NCBI GenBank assembly: GCA_035551915.1
Contig: DASZMI010000023.1
Coordinates: 753 to 64,752 of the forward strand
Source of the DNA: Solirubrobacteraceae bacterium
Lineage (GTDB): Bacteria; Actinomycetota; Thermoleophilia; Solirubrobacterales; Solirubrobacteraceae
Direction of reading: 5' to 3'
DNA: 64,000 nt
In this document: piece after piece, positions 51,841 to 60,133 of the stretch
How the letters are laid out: each line of letters begins with the position of its first letter
Numbering within the stretch: position 1 is the stretch's first letter
Notes under the pieces: generated by a model
The model's database searches: none
Told to the model about the DNA's origin: nothing
Seen by the model: only the letters and a program-made list of their open reading frames with translations
Translations under genes and position numbers: made by a program

Positions 51841-52541
51841 CAGGTCCGGGCCGGCGCTGCCGCCTTGGCCGCCCACGCGTGCACCTGCGCGAGGCCGCGT
51901 CCACCAACGTCGTCGCGCGCGACCTCGCCGCCCGCGGCGCCCCCCACGGGACGCTCGTCACCGCTGATCGGCAGACCGCCGGCCGCGGGCGTCAGGGCCG
52001 CGCCTGGCTCGCACCGCCGGGAGCGTCGCTGCTGTGCTCGTGGGTGATCCGCGACCACGGCTCGTTGCTGTCACTGGCCGCCGGAGTCGCGGTCGCCGAG
52101 CTCGCGGGCCCGCGAGCGCTCGTCAAGTGGCCCAACGACGTGCTGATCGACGGCCGCAAGCTCTCGGGCGTCCTCGTCGAGGGAAGGCCGCAGGAGAACT
52201 GGGCGGTGCTGGGGATCGGCATCAACGTCGCCCTGCGCGTCGAGCAGCTGCCCGTGGGGCTGCGCGATCGTGCCGCGACCCTGGGGCTCGCCAAGGATGA
52301 TCTCGAGCCGACGCTCGCGCGCCTGCGCGACGGTCTGGAGCACTGGCTCGCCGCCACCGAGGCCGACGTGCTGGAGGCTGTGCGGGCCCGCGACGCGCTG
52401 CGCGGACGGCCGCTGCGCTGGGACGGTGGCAGCGGCACCGGCGCCGGGATCGATGGCGCCGGGCGCCTGCTGGTCGACCTCGCCGACGGCTCGAGCGTGG
52501 CGCTCGACGCCGGCGAGGTCCACCTCGGCCTCGGCAGCTGA
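51837..52541 (+). CDS. birA: Biotin--protein ligase (no HTH)
   Basis: STN, QTAGRGRQGRAW, KWPND, KLSGVL, GIGINV. Confidence 0.95.
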   Translation: MTGPGRRCRLGRPRVHLREAASTNVVARDLAARGAPHGTLVTADRQTAGRGRQGRAWLAPPGASLLCSWVIRDHGSLLSLAAGVAVAELAGPRALVKWPNDVLIDGRKLSGVLVEGRPQENWAVLGIGINVALRVEQLPVGLRDRAATLGLAKDDLEPTLARLRDGLEHWLAATEADVLEAVRARDALRGRPLRWDGGSGTGAGIDGAGRLLVDLADGSSVALDAGEVHLGLGS

Positions 52542-52620
52542 ACGCGTCGCAGGCCGGGTCGGCCGGCGGCCGACAAACTGCCTACTCCCTGGCCAGCATG
52601 GGCGTACAGGCGGCCGGGTG

Positions 52621-52635
52621 CAAAGCAATGCTTTG
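52621..52635. promoter_or_regulatory. Palindrome upstream of the permease-relic/nitrilase unit
   Basis: CAAAGCA-A-TGCTTTG. Confidence 0.45.
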
Positions 52636-52693
52636 AACTGCTCAAGCTGATCAAGCTCTGGCAATGATGCCGGGACCGGGATAGCGTCAGCCC

Positions 52694-52894
52694 ATGGAAA
52701 GCATCACGTCAGGCTCGGAGGGGCCGCGTCCCGAGCTGAGCCTCGTCGACGCAGCAGCCCTCTCGATCTGGCTGGTGCTCGGCATCGCGGTCGTGGGCTT
52801 CGCCCCGAGACTGGCTGGGTGCGTCAGGGCCGGACTCGCCGGGGGCACGCTCGAAGCCACCACGCCGAGCCCGGCGACGGAGCCGCTGGCGTGA
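52694..52894 (+). pseudogene. Probable internally deleted APC amino-acid permease relic
   Basis: RPELSLVDAAALSI joined to WLVLGIAVVGFAPRLA..VRAGL; stop overlaps the nitrilase GTG. Confidence 0.5.
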
Positions 52895-53727
52895 CCCTGA
52901 TCGCCTGCTGTCAGCTCGCGCCGGTGCTGGGCGACCTCGCCGGCAACGCACAGCGCGCCCAGGCGGCGATCGATCAGGTGATCGCTGCGGGTGCAGAGGT
53001 TGTCGTGCTGCCCGAGCTGTGCACCTCGGGCTACGTGTTCGAGAGCCAGCACGAGGCGGCGTCGGTGGCGATCGGCCGCGACGACCCGGTCCTAGCGGGG
53101 TGGGCGAGAGCGGCTACCGACAGCGGCGCCGTGATCGCGGGGGGCTTCTGCGAGCACGGGCAGGACGGTCTGATCTACAACAGCGCCGCCGTGTTCCCCG
53201 GCTCGGGACCGCCGGCCTTCTACCGCAAGCTGCACCTCTGGGACCGCGAGAAGCTGTGGTTCGCGCCCGGCAGCGAGCTCCCGCCGGTGATCGACTCGCC
53301 GGTCGGCAAGGTCGCGGTGATCGTCTGTTATGACCTCGAGTTCCCCGAGCTGACGCGCGCGCTGGCGCTGGCCGGCACGCAGCTGCTGCTGGTTCCGACC
53401 AACTGGCCGGTCGTTGCCAGGCCCGCCGGCGAGCGTCCGGCCGAGGTCGTGACCGCGATGGCCGCCGCCGGCGCCAACCGCATGGCGATCGCTTGCGCCG
53501 ACCGCTGCGGCACGGAGCGCGGCCAGGACTGGGAACAGGGCACGACGATCGTCGGCCCCGACGGCTGGGTGCGCGCGGAGAGCCGCGAGCCCGGGCCGCT
53601 CACCGCCGAGGTCGACCTCATGGCGGCGCTGCGGAAGCGCCACACCGATCTCGCCGACGCGTTCGGCGACCGCCGCCCCGACTTCTACGGGTCGGTTGCG
53701 GGTGCGCCCGCTGGCGCACCCCACTGA
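52891..53727 (+). CDS. Nitrilase-superfamily carbon-nitrogen hydrolase (amidase)
   Basis: VLPEL, YNSA, YRKLHLW, VCYDLEFPE (E-K-C triad). Confidence 0.93.
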   Translation: MTLIACCQLAPVLGDLAGNAQRAQAAIDQVIAAGAEVVVLPELCTSGYVFESQHEAASVAIGRDDPVLAGWARAATDSGAVIAGGFCEHGQDGLIYNSAAVFPGSGPPAFYRKLHLWDREKLWFAPGSELPPVIDSPVGKVAVIVCYDLEFPELTRALALAGTQLLLVPTNWPVVARPAGERPAEVVTAMAAAGANRMAIACADRCGTERGQDWEQGTTIVGPDGWVRAESREPGPLTAEVDLMAALRKRHTDLADAFGDRRPDFYGSVAGAPAGAPH

Positions 53728-54629
53728 AGCCGCGACGCCACCACCCGCGACCACTCGTCGATCAGCTCGACGATCTCATTGACGCCGCGGCTGAGCTGCA
53801 CGCCACGGCGCGTGACGAGCGCGAAGAAGTCGAAAAACTGCTCGGCGAAGCTCACCGCCGTGAGCGCCTCGAGCATCGGCGAGCCGCCCAGCACCGCGCG
53901 CGCGACCATCGTGTTGCCGAGCCCGCGCGCACACAGCTGCAGCGCTGTCTCGACATGCTCGACCTCCATCCGCGGGTCGATCGTGATCCCAGCCTCCTGC
54001 GCCCGTGCGGCCAGCTGGCGGCGCGTCGGGTCGTTGAAGCCGTAGCTGACGTCGTAGAGGATCAGCGGTGTGGCGGCGACCTTGGCGATCGTCGCTGGAT
54101 GCCGTGTCAGCTCGTGGTCGGCGCTGACGAACAGAACCTCGTCGCGGAACAGCGCGCGCACATCGAGCAGCGAGTCGTCGACCGGGAGCACGACCAGACC
54201 GGCCTCGAGCTCGCCCTCCTGGACGGCCCGCGCGACGTCGTAGGAGTTCTGGCCGCGCATGCGCAGGATCCCGTCGGGGTGCTGCTCGACGAAGCGCGCG
54301 GCCAGATCGGCGATGTCGTAATACGGGGCGTTGCGAAAGGTCCCGAGGGTGACCAGCCGCCGGCCCTGCTCGCTGCGGCGCCCGACTGAGGCCTGGGCGT
54401 CGTCGGCGGCGTCGGTCACGCGCCGGGCGTGGCCGAGGAAGGTTCTGCCCGCCGCTGTCAGCGTCAGCCCGCGGCCGGTGCGCGCAAACAGTGAGACGCC
54501 CAGCTCCTGCTCGAGCCGGCGCACCTGATCAGAGACCGCCGGCTGAGTGCAATGCAACGTCCGCGCCGCCGCGTTGAACGAGCCGAGCTCAGCGGCGATG
54601 CGGAAGTAGAGCAGTTGCTGGAGGGTCAA
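53685..54629 (-). CDS. LysR family regulator
   Basis: GSFNAAARTLHCTQPAVSDQVRRLEQELG..LF.R. Confidence 0.95.
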   Translation of the reverse strand: MTLQQLLYFRIAAELGSFNAAARTLHCTQPAVSDQVRRLEQELGVSLFARTGRGLTLTAAGRTFLGHARRVTDAADDAQASVGRRSEQGRRLVTLGTFRNAPYYDIADLAARFVEQHPDGILRMRGQNSYDVARAVQEGELEAGLVVLPVDDSLLDVRALFRDEVLFVSADHELTRHPATIAKVAATPLILYDVSYGFNDPTRRQLAARAQEAGITIDPRMEVEHVETALQLCARGLGNTMVARAVLGGSPMLEALTAVSFAEQFFDFFALVTRRGVQLSRGVNEIVELIDEWSRVVASRLQWGAPAGAPATDP

Positions 54630-54699
54630 GGCTTTCCTTTGAACTGGCGAAGGAAGTCTAACCGTGGTTTTTCAGCGGATGCTGATTTAGGCTCGCGCG

Positions 54700-55995
54700 A
54701 TGGACGAACCCGTTTACCTCAAATCACCCGCGGTCACCGCCACGGCTGCCCGCGATCGCTCGGTCAGTGAGCGCGTTTCCGAAATGCTGTCGACGATCGA
54801 GGCAGGCGGAATCGACGCTGTCCGCAACTACTCGCGCGAGCTCGACCGCTGGGCCCCCGACGACTTCGAGGTCGGCCCGGAGGCGGTCGCCGCCGCGGAG
54901 GCGTCGCTGAGTGACGAGCTGAAGGCGAGCATTGCCTTCGCGCAGACCCAGATCCGCAGCTTCGCCCAGGCGCAGCGCAACACGCTCACCGACTTCGAGA
55001 AGGAGACGCTGCCCGGCGTCTTCCTCGGCCAGAAGCAGATCCCGATCGCCAAGGTCGGCGCCTACTGCCCGAGTGGGCGGGTGCCGATGCTGGCCTGCGC
55101 GTTCATGACGGTGCTCGTGCCGAAGGTGGCCGGCGTCCACACCGTGATCGCCTGCACGCCACCGCGCGGCGGTGACTTCCACGCGCCGACGCTGCACGCG
55201 ATCGCGACCTCCGGTGCGGACCGCATCTTTGCGCTCGGCGGCGTCCAGGCGCTGGCGGCGATGGCCTTCGGACTGCTCGGCTACGACCTCGGGGGAGTCG
55301 ACATGCTCGTCGGCCCCGGCAACGCATTCGTCGCCGAGGCCAAGCGCCAGCTGTTCGGGCGCGTCGGCATCGATCTGCTCGCCGGCCCCTCCGAGGTGGC
55401 GGTGATCGCCGATCACAGCGCCGACCCCGAACTGGTCGCCGCCGACCTGCTCGCCCAGGCCGAGCACGGACCGACCTCCCCCGCCGTGCTGATCACGACC
55501 TCCGAGGAGCTCGGCCGCGCGGTGATCGATCAGATCGCCCGTCAGCTCGACGCCCTGGACGCACTCGGCGGTGGCGTCGGCGAGACGCCGCGCACCGCCT
55601 GGAACGACTACGGCGCCGTGATGCTCGCAAGCGACCGTGAGCACGCCGCCCAGCTCTCGGACATCGTCGCCACCGAGCACCTCGAGGTCCACACGACCGA
55701 GGACGAGTGGTACCACCGGCGCCTGCGCAACTACGGCTCGCTCTTCCTCGGGCAGCGCGCGACCGTCGCGTTCTCCGATAAGGCGATCGGCACCAACCAC
55801 ACGCTTCCGACTGGGCACGCCGCGCGCTACACGGGCGGCCTCTCGGTGGCGAAGTTCCTCAAGACGCTCACCTACCAGCGGATCGACAGCGACGCGGGCG
55901 TCCGCGCGATCGCCCCGCACGTCGTCGAGATCTCGCGGTCGGACCTGATGCCCGCCCACGAGGCGAGCGCGGCCAAGCGGCTCGAGCGCGTGTGA
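54700..55995 (+). CDS. Histidinol-dehydrogenase-family enzyme (HisD paralog, HpsN-like)
   Basis: GPGNAFV.EAK, AGPSE, QAEHG, EHL, GTNHTLPT; FSDK in place of HisD GDY. Confidence 0.88.
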   Translation: MDEPVYLKSPAVTATAARDRSVSERVSEMLSTIEAGGIDAVRNYSRELDRWAPDDFEVGPEAVAAAEASLSDELKASIAFAQTQIRSFAQAQRNTLTDFEKETLPGVFLGQKQIPIAKVGAYCPSGRVPMLACAFMTVLVPKVAGVHTVIACTPPRGGDFHAPTLHAIATSGADRIFALGGVQALAAMAFGLLGYDLGGVDMLVGPGNAFVAEAKRQLFGRVGIDLLAGPSEVAVIADHSADPELVAADLLAQAEHGPTSPAVLITTSEELGRAVIDQIARQLDALDALGGGVGETPRTAWNDYGAVMLASDREHAAQLSDIVATEHLEVHTTEDEWYHRRLRNYGSLFLGQRATVAFSDKAIGTNHTLPTGHAARYTGGLSVAKFLKTLTYQRIDSDAGVRAIAPHVVEISRSDLMPAHEASAAKRLERV

Positions 55996-56013
55996 CGCCG
56001 GAGCCCGGCAACG

Positions 56014-56037
56014 GGGGCGGGCCAGCGGGCCCGCCCC
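56014..56037. terminator. Hairpin between the convergent hisD-like and lacI genes
   Basis: GGGGCGGGCC-AGCG-GGCCCGCCCC. Confidence 0.55.
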
Positions 56038-56049
56038 GCCTTCGGGCGG

Positions 56050-57150
56050 CTAACGACCGGGCGGCGGACCGAGCGTACGGCGGATCACCAGCCGGGGCTC
56101 GAACACCATCCGCCGGATCGCATCGCTCTCGACTCGGCCCTCGATGCGCTCGATCAGCAGCCGCACGGCGGCACGGGCCATCTCCTCCATCGGCTGGCGC
56201 ACCGTGGTCAGCCCGAACAGGTCCCACGCGGCCATCGGCAGATCGTCGAAGCCGACCAGCGACACGTCGCCGGGCACCGGCAGGCCAAGCGTGTAGGCGG
56301 CGTTGAGTGCGCCGATCGCGACTATGTCGTTGGCGCAGATGACGACCGTCGGTCGCGGCACCTGTCGCATCAGGTCGGTCATCGCCTGGTAGCCGGCGCC
56401 GTCGGTGAACGGAGCGTGGCGCACGGCGCTGTCGGGCAGTTCGATTCCGGCCGAGGTCAGCGCGGCTCGGACCCCGCGCTCGCGATCGCGGCCGGTGCTG
56501 GTGTCGCTGGGGCCGAAGATCGCGGCGACGTTCGTGTGGCCCAGGCGAAGCGCCTCGGCCGTCGCCAGCGAGCCGCCGAGTGAGTTGTCCACGACGGCGC
56601 TGTCGGCGGCGACGCCGTCGACGTAGCGGGTGAGGAACACGAACGGAAGCGCGCGCCGGGCGAGTTCCCGCGGAACGACGCCATCGAGGCGGCTGGTGGT
56701 CAGAACGACGCCGTCGGTCGAGCGGTCGAGCAGGCGGTCGAGCAGCGGCGTCAGCTCCTCCTCGTTGGGGGAGCTACCGGCGCCGGCCAGCGGCTCAACC
56801 TCCTCTGTGAGCAGGACCATGCGGTAGCTATGCGCCCACGCCTCGTCGTGCAGCGGCGCCACGAGGTGGGGATAGAAGACGTTGGCGAGGTCGGTGATGA
56901 CGATCGCGATGCTGCGTGTCGAGCGCGTGACGAGGCTGCGACCGACGTCACTGGGAACGTAGCCGAGCTCGGCCGCGGCGGCCAGCACGCGGTCACGCGT
57001 CGCGCTGGCCACGCGCTCGTCGTTGCGCAGTACGCGTGAGACCGTCGACTGCGAGACCCCGGCGGCGCGGGCCACGTCGTGGCTGGTCATGCTGCGTCCC
57101 GCGCCCTCGGTGCGCGGCCGCGTGAGGTCTTGGTTGACGGGTGAGGACAT
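56050..57150 (-). CDS. LacI family regulator
   Basis: TSHDVARAAGVSQSTVSRVL, AAELGYVP, ANDIVAIG, VSLVGFDD, LTTVRQP. Confidence 0.95.
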   Translation of the reverse strand: MSSPVNQDLTRPRTEGAGRSMTSHDVARAAGVSQSTVSRVLRNDERVASATRDRVLAAAAELGYVPSDVGRSLVTRSTRSIAIVITDLANVFYPHLVAPLHDEAWAHSYRMVLLTEEVEPLAGAGSSPNEEELTPLLDRLLDRSTDGVVLTTSRLDGVVPRELARRALPFVFLTRYVDGVAADSAVVDNSLGGSLATAEALRLGHTNVAAIFGPSDTSTGRDRERGVRAALTSAGIELPDSAVRHAPFTDGAGYQAMTDLMRQVPRPTVVICANDIVAIGALNAAYTLGLPVPGDVSLVGFDDLPMAAWDLFGLTTVRQPMEEMARAAVRLLIERIEGRVESDAIRRMVFEPRLVIRRTLGPPPGR

Positions 57151-57218
57151 TGGTGCGGAAGGTATAACAATGCCAACGCCCCGGCCAGCGGGGCGAGGCT
57201 GACGAAAGTGGAGCGACG

Positions 57219-58364
57219 TTGAGTGCACGGATCCTGACAACACACGTGGGCAGCCTGCCCCGCTCAAAGCGGGTGGTCGAGCTGGTGTCGGCCCAGGATC
57301 GCGACGAGCCGGTCGACCGGGTCGAACTCGAGCGCGTGATCGGCGCGGCCGTCTCCGACGCCGTCGCCCGCCAGGTGCAGAGCGGCATCGATGTCGTCTC
57401 GGACGGCGAGATGAGCAAGATCAGCTACGCCACCTACATCCGCCACCGGCTTTCGGGATTCGAGATCGACGAGGTTCCGCGTGCAACTCCGGCCGACCTC
57501 GACGCCTTCCCCTCGTTCAAGGCGCGACTGGCCGAACAGGGTGGAACGCCGCGCTACCTGAGGCCGGTCTGCCGCGGCCCGATCCGCTACGTCCATCCCG
57601 AGCCGCTCGCCGCCGACATCGCGCACCTTCTGGCCGCCCGCGAGGGTCAGCCGGTCACCCAGGCCTTTATGAACGCGCCGTCTCCCGGCGTGATCGCGCT
57701 CTTCCAGCCCAACGAGTTCTACGCATCCGGCGACGAGTACCTCGATGCGCTGGCCGAGGCGATGGCGACCGAGTACCGGGCGATCGTCGAGGCCGGGCTG
57801 ATGCTGCAGATAGACGCGCCCGACCTCGGCATGGGGCGCCACATCATGTACCGCGACCGCACGGAGCGGGAGTTCCTCATGGCCGCGCACAAGCACGTCG
57901 AGGCGCTCAACGCGGCGCTCGAGGGCATTCCCGCCGAGCGCGTGCGCATGCACATCTGCTGGGGCAATTACGAGGGCCCTCACCACTGCGACATCGGCGT
58001 CGAGCGGATCCTCGATCTCATCTTTGCGGCCAAGCCGCACTACCTGCTGTTCGAGGGCGCCAACCCGCGCCACGAGCACGAGTGGGAGGTGTGGGCGGCA
58101 GCGAGGATCCCCGACGACAAGGTGCTGGTGCCCGGCGTGATCGACTCGACCACCAACTACATCGAGCATCCGTGCCTCGTCGCCCAGCGGCTGCGACGCT
58201 TCGTCGAGATCGTCGGCGCCGAGCGTGTGCTGGCGGGCACCGATTGCGGCTTCGGCACCTTCGCCGGCTTCGGCGCCGTCGACCCGGAGATCTGCTGGGC
58301 CAAGCTGCGCTCGCTGGCCGACGGGGCCGAGCTGGCGCTGGCGGGCACCCCCGCAGCGCTCTGA
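57219..58364 (+). CDS. Cobalamin-independent methionine synthase II family (MetE C-domain, Zn thiol-alkyltransferase)
   Basis: TTHVGSLPR, HICWGNYEGPH, EGANPRH, TDCGF. Confidence 0.9.
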   Translation: MSARILTTHVGSLPRSKRVVELVSAQDRDEPVDRVELERVIGAAVSDAVARQVQSGIDVVSDGEMSKISYATYIRHRLSGFEIDEVPRATPADLDAFPSFKARLAEQGGTPRYLRPVCRGPIRYVHPEPLAADIAHLLAAREGQPVTQAFMNAPSPGVIALFQPNEFYASGDEYLDALAEAMATEYRAIVEAGLMLQIDAPDLGMGRHIMYRDRTEREFLMAAHKHVEALNAALEGIPAERVRMHICWGNYEGPHHCDIGVERILDLIFAAKPHYLLFEGANPRHEHEWEVWAAARIPDDKVLVPGVIDSTTNYIEHPCLVAQRLRRFVEIVGAERVLAGTDCGFGTFAGFGAVDPEICWAKLRSLADGAELALAGTPAAL

Positions 58365-58381
58365 TCATCGCGCTGCCTGGT

Positions 58382-58426
58382 CCCGACTCCCGCCTCGCTG
58401 GGCCTCCTGCCCGACTCCCGCCTCGC
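58382..58426 (+). repeat. 17-bp direct repeat, two copies
   Basis: CCCGACTCCCGCCTCGC at 58382 and 58410. Confidence 0.8.
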
Positions 58427-58468
58427 GGACCCTTGGTGCCCCTGCCAAGGTACTCGCGGTACGTCTGA

Positions 58469-58571
58469 CAAATACGTAGTCACGTTTCTTTCGTCGGAAT
58501 TCGCCTGTAGTTACGGGCAATTGCCCGGCATAAAATTCTGACTTGACTACGTATGCATAACTGTTCATACT
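58469..58571 (+). promoter_or_regulatory. Promoter with two LacI-type operators
   Basis: TTGACT (58543)-17-CATACT (58566); CG-centred boxes CAAATACGTAGTCA (58469) and TGACTACGTATGCA (58544). Confidence 0.7.
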
Positions 58572-58614
58572 CATCCCCGGAGCGTGGAGCCGTCGGTGGC
58601 ATTCCACGGATGGA

Positions 58615-59250
58615 ATGGGAAAGAGGGAGCAGAGGACGATGGGCGATGTGCCGAACGATGACCTCATGGCGGGTAGGGTCAGCCGCTTTGCAGAGATGAA
58701 GCAGAACGGGACCGCGGTGATGTTCATCGACAGCATCCTGCCCGGCCACCACCGGATGAACTACGCCGTGATCGGCGACACCGCATCGGAGAACACCGAG
58801 TTCAAGCCGATGATCACGGCGCCGCACAAGTTCCAGATCGGCATGTTCGAGGCGCCTCCTGGCAATGGCCCCGGCTGGCACACGCATGATTACGTCGAGA
58901 TGTTCGTGCCGCTCACCGGGCGCTGGCGCTTCTGTTACGGGCTCAACGCGGAAGATCCCGATGATCTGCTCGGCGACTACATCCTCGAGCAGTGGGATGC
59001 GATCTCGTTCCCGCCCGGCCTGTGGCGCCGATTCGAGAACGCCTCGGAGGAGAACGCCTGGGGCTTCGCGGTGCTCGACCCGCACGAGCACTTCCAGAGC
59101 CCCGACCCGCAGTGGCCCGAGTTCATGATTCGCCAGGCCGAGGAGCATGGACTGCGCACCGACGAACGCGGGCAGATGGTCCAGCCAGAGAACTTCGCGG
59201 ATCTCGAGCGCGAGATCACCGAGAAGATCTACCCGACGGCGAAGCTCTGA
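58615..59250 (+). CDS. Cupin-domain protein
   Basis: PPGNGPGWHTHDYVEMF, ISFPPGLWRRFEN; start 58615 or 58639. Confidence 0.85.
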   Translation: MGKREQRTMGDVPNDDLMAGRVSRFAEMKQNGTAVMFIDSILPGHHRMNYAVIGDTASENTEFKPMITAPHKFQIGMFEAPPGNGPGWHTHDYVEMFVPLTGRWRFCYGLNAEDPDDLLGDYILEQWDAISFPPGLWRRFENASEENAWGFAVLDPHEHFQSPDPQWPEFMIRQAEEHGLRTDERGQMVQPENFADLEREITEKIYPTAKL

Positions 59251-59365
59251 GCGAGCTGAACCCGGGGAACGTGACGGTAACTCGGAGAGGGTGGAGCCGA
59301 ATGGATATGGGACAGATGACGATCGCCGCTCTGTGGAGCGTCGGTCGCACGGGGGAGCCGGCGCG

Positions 59366-60133
59366 ATGACGGTCGTGCTCGAGGCGCGTGACGTGGTCAA
59401 GCGCTATGGACACGTGACCGCGCTCAACGGCGCCTGCTTCCAGGCGCACGAGGGCGAGGTCACGGCGCTGATCGGGGACAACGGCGCCGGCAAATCGACC
59501 TTCGTCAAGGTGCTGTCAGGAGTGATCGCCGCCGACAGCGGCGAGATCGCGCTGTCCGGTGCCAAGACCGACCTCGGCTCGCCGCAGCACGCCAAGCGGC
59601 TCGGGATCGAGACTGTCTTCCAGGACCTTGCGCTTGCGCCGGACCTGGGGCCCGCGGACAACGTCTTCGTCGGACGCGAGTTGTTCAAGCCCGGGTGGCG
59701 CGGGCGGCTGCGGATTCTCGACAAGGCCGAGATGCGGCGTCGGGCGCTCGATGCGTTCGTCTCGATGGGCACCGACGTCAAGGACATGCATGCGCCTGTC
59801 GCTGCCCTGTCCGGCGGCCAGAAGCAGAGCGTCGCGATCTGCCGCTCGGTGATGTGGGCCAACAAGGTGCTGTTCCTCGACGAGCCGACTGCAGCGCTTG
59901 GCGTGCGCCAGACCCGCAACGTACTGCGGCTGGTCAAGCATGTGGCCGAGCGCGGGGTCGCGGTGATCCTGATCAGCCACAACATGACCGAGGTGCTAGA
60001 GGCCGCGGACCGCATCGAGGTGCTGCGCCTCGGGCAGCGGGTCGCCCAGTACAAGGCCGACCAGACCAACGTCGAGGAGCTGGTCGGCGCGATGACCGGC
60101 GCGCTCGACCTGCATGAGGAGACGCAACCGTGA
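59366..60133 (+). CDS. Sugar ABC transporter ATP-binding protein (single NBD)
   Basis: GDNGAGKS, GIETVFQDLAL, LSGGQKQ, LDEPTAALG. Confidence 0.95.
   Translation: MTVVLEARDVVKRYGHVTALNGACFQAHEGEVTALIGDNGAGKSTFVKVLSGVIAADSGEIALSGAKTDLGSPQHAKRLGIETVFQDLALAPDLGPADNVFVGRELFKPGWRGRLRILDKAEMRRRALDAFVSMGTDVKDMHAPVAALSGGQKQSVAICRSVMWANKVLFLDEPTAALGVRQTRNVLRLVKHVAERGVAVILISHNMTEVLEAADRIEVLRLGQRVAQYKADQTNVEELVGAMTGALDLHEETQP

Noticed and set aside
57219-58364. Housekeeping metE
   Set aside because: Only the catalytic half-size domain is present, in a LacI-linked catabolic context; a role in methionine synthesis is unproven
58382-58426. Mini CRISPR array
   Set aside because: Two 17-bp units with an 11-bp gap, and no cas genes
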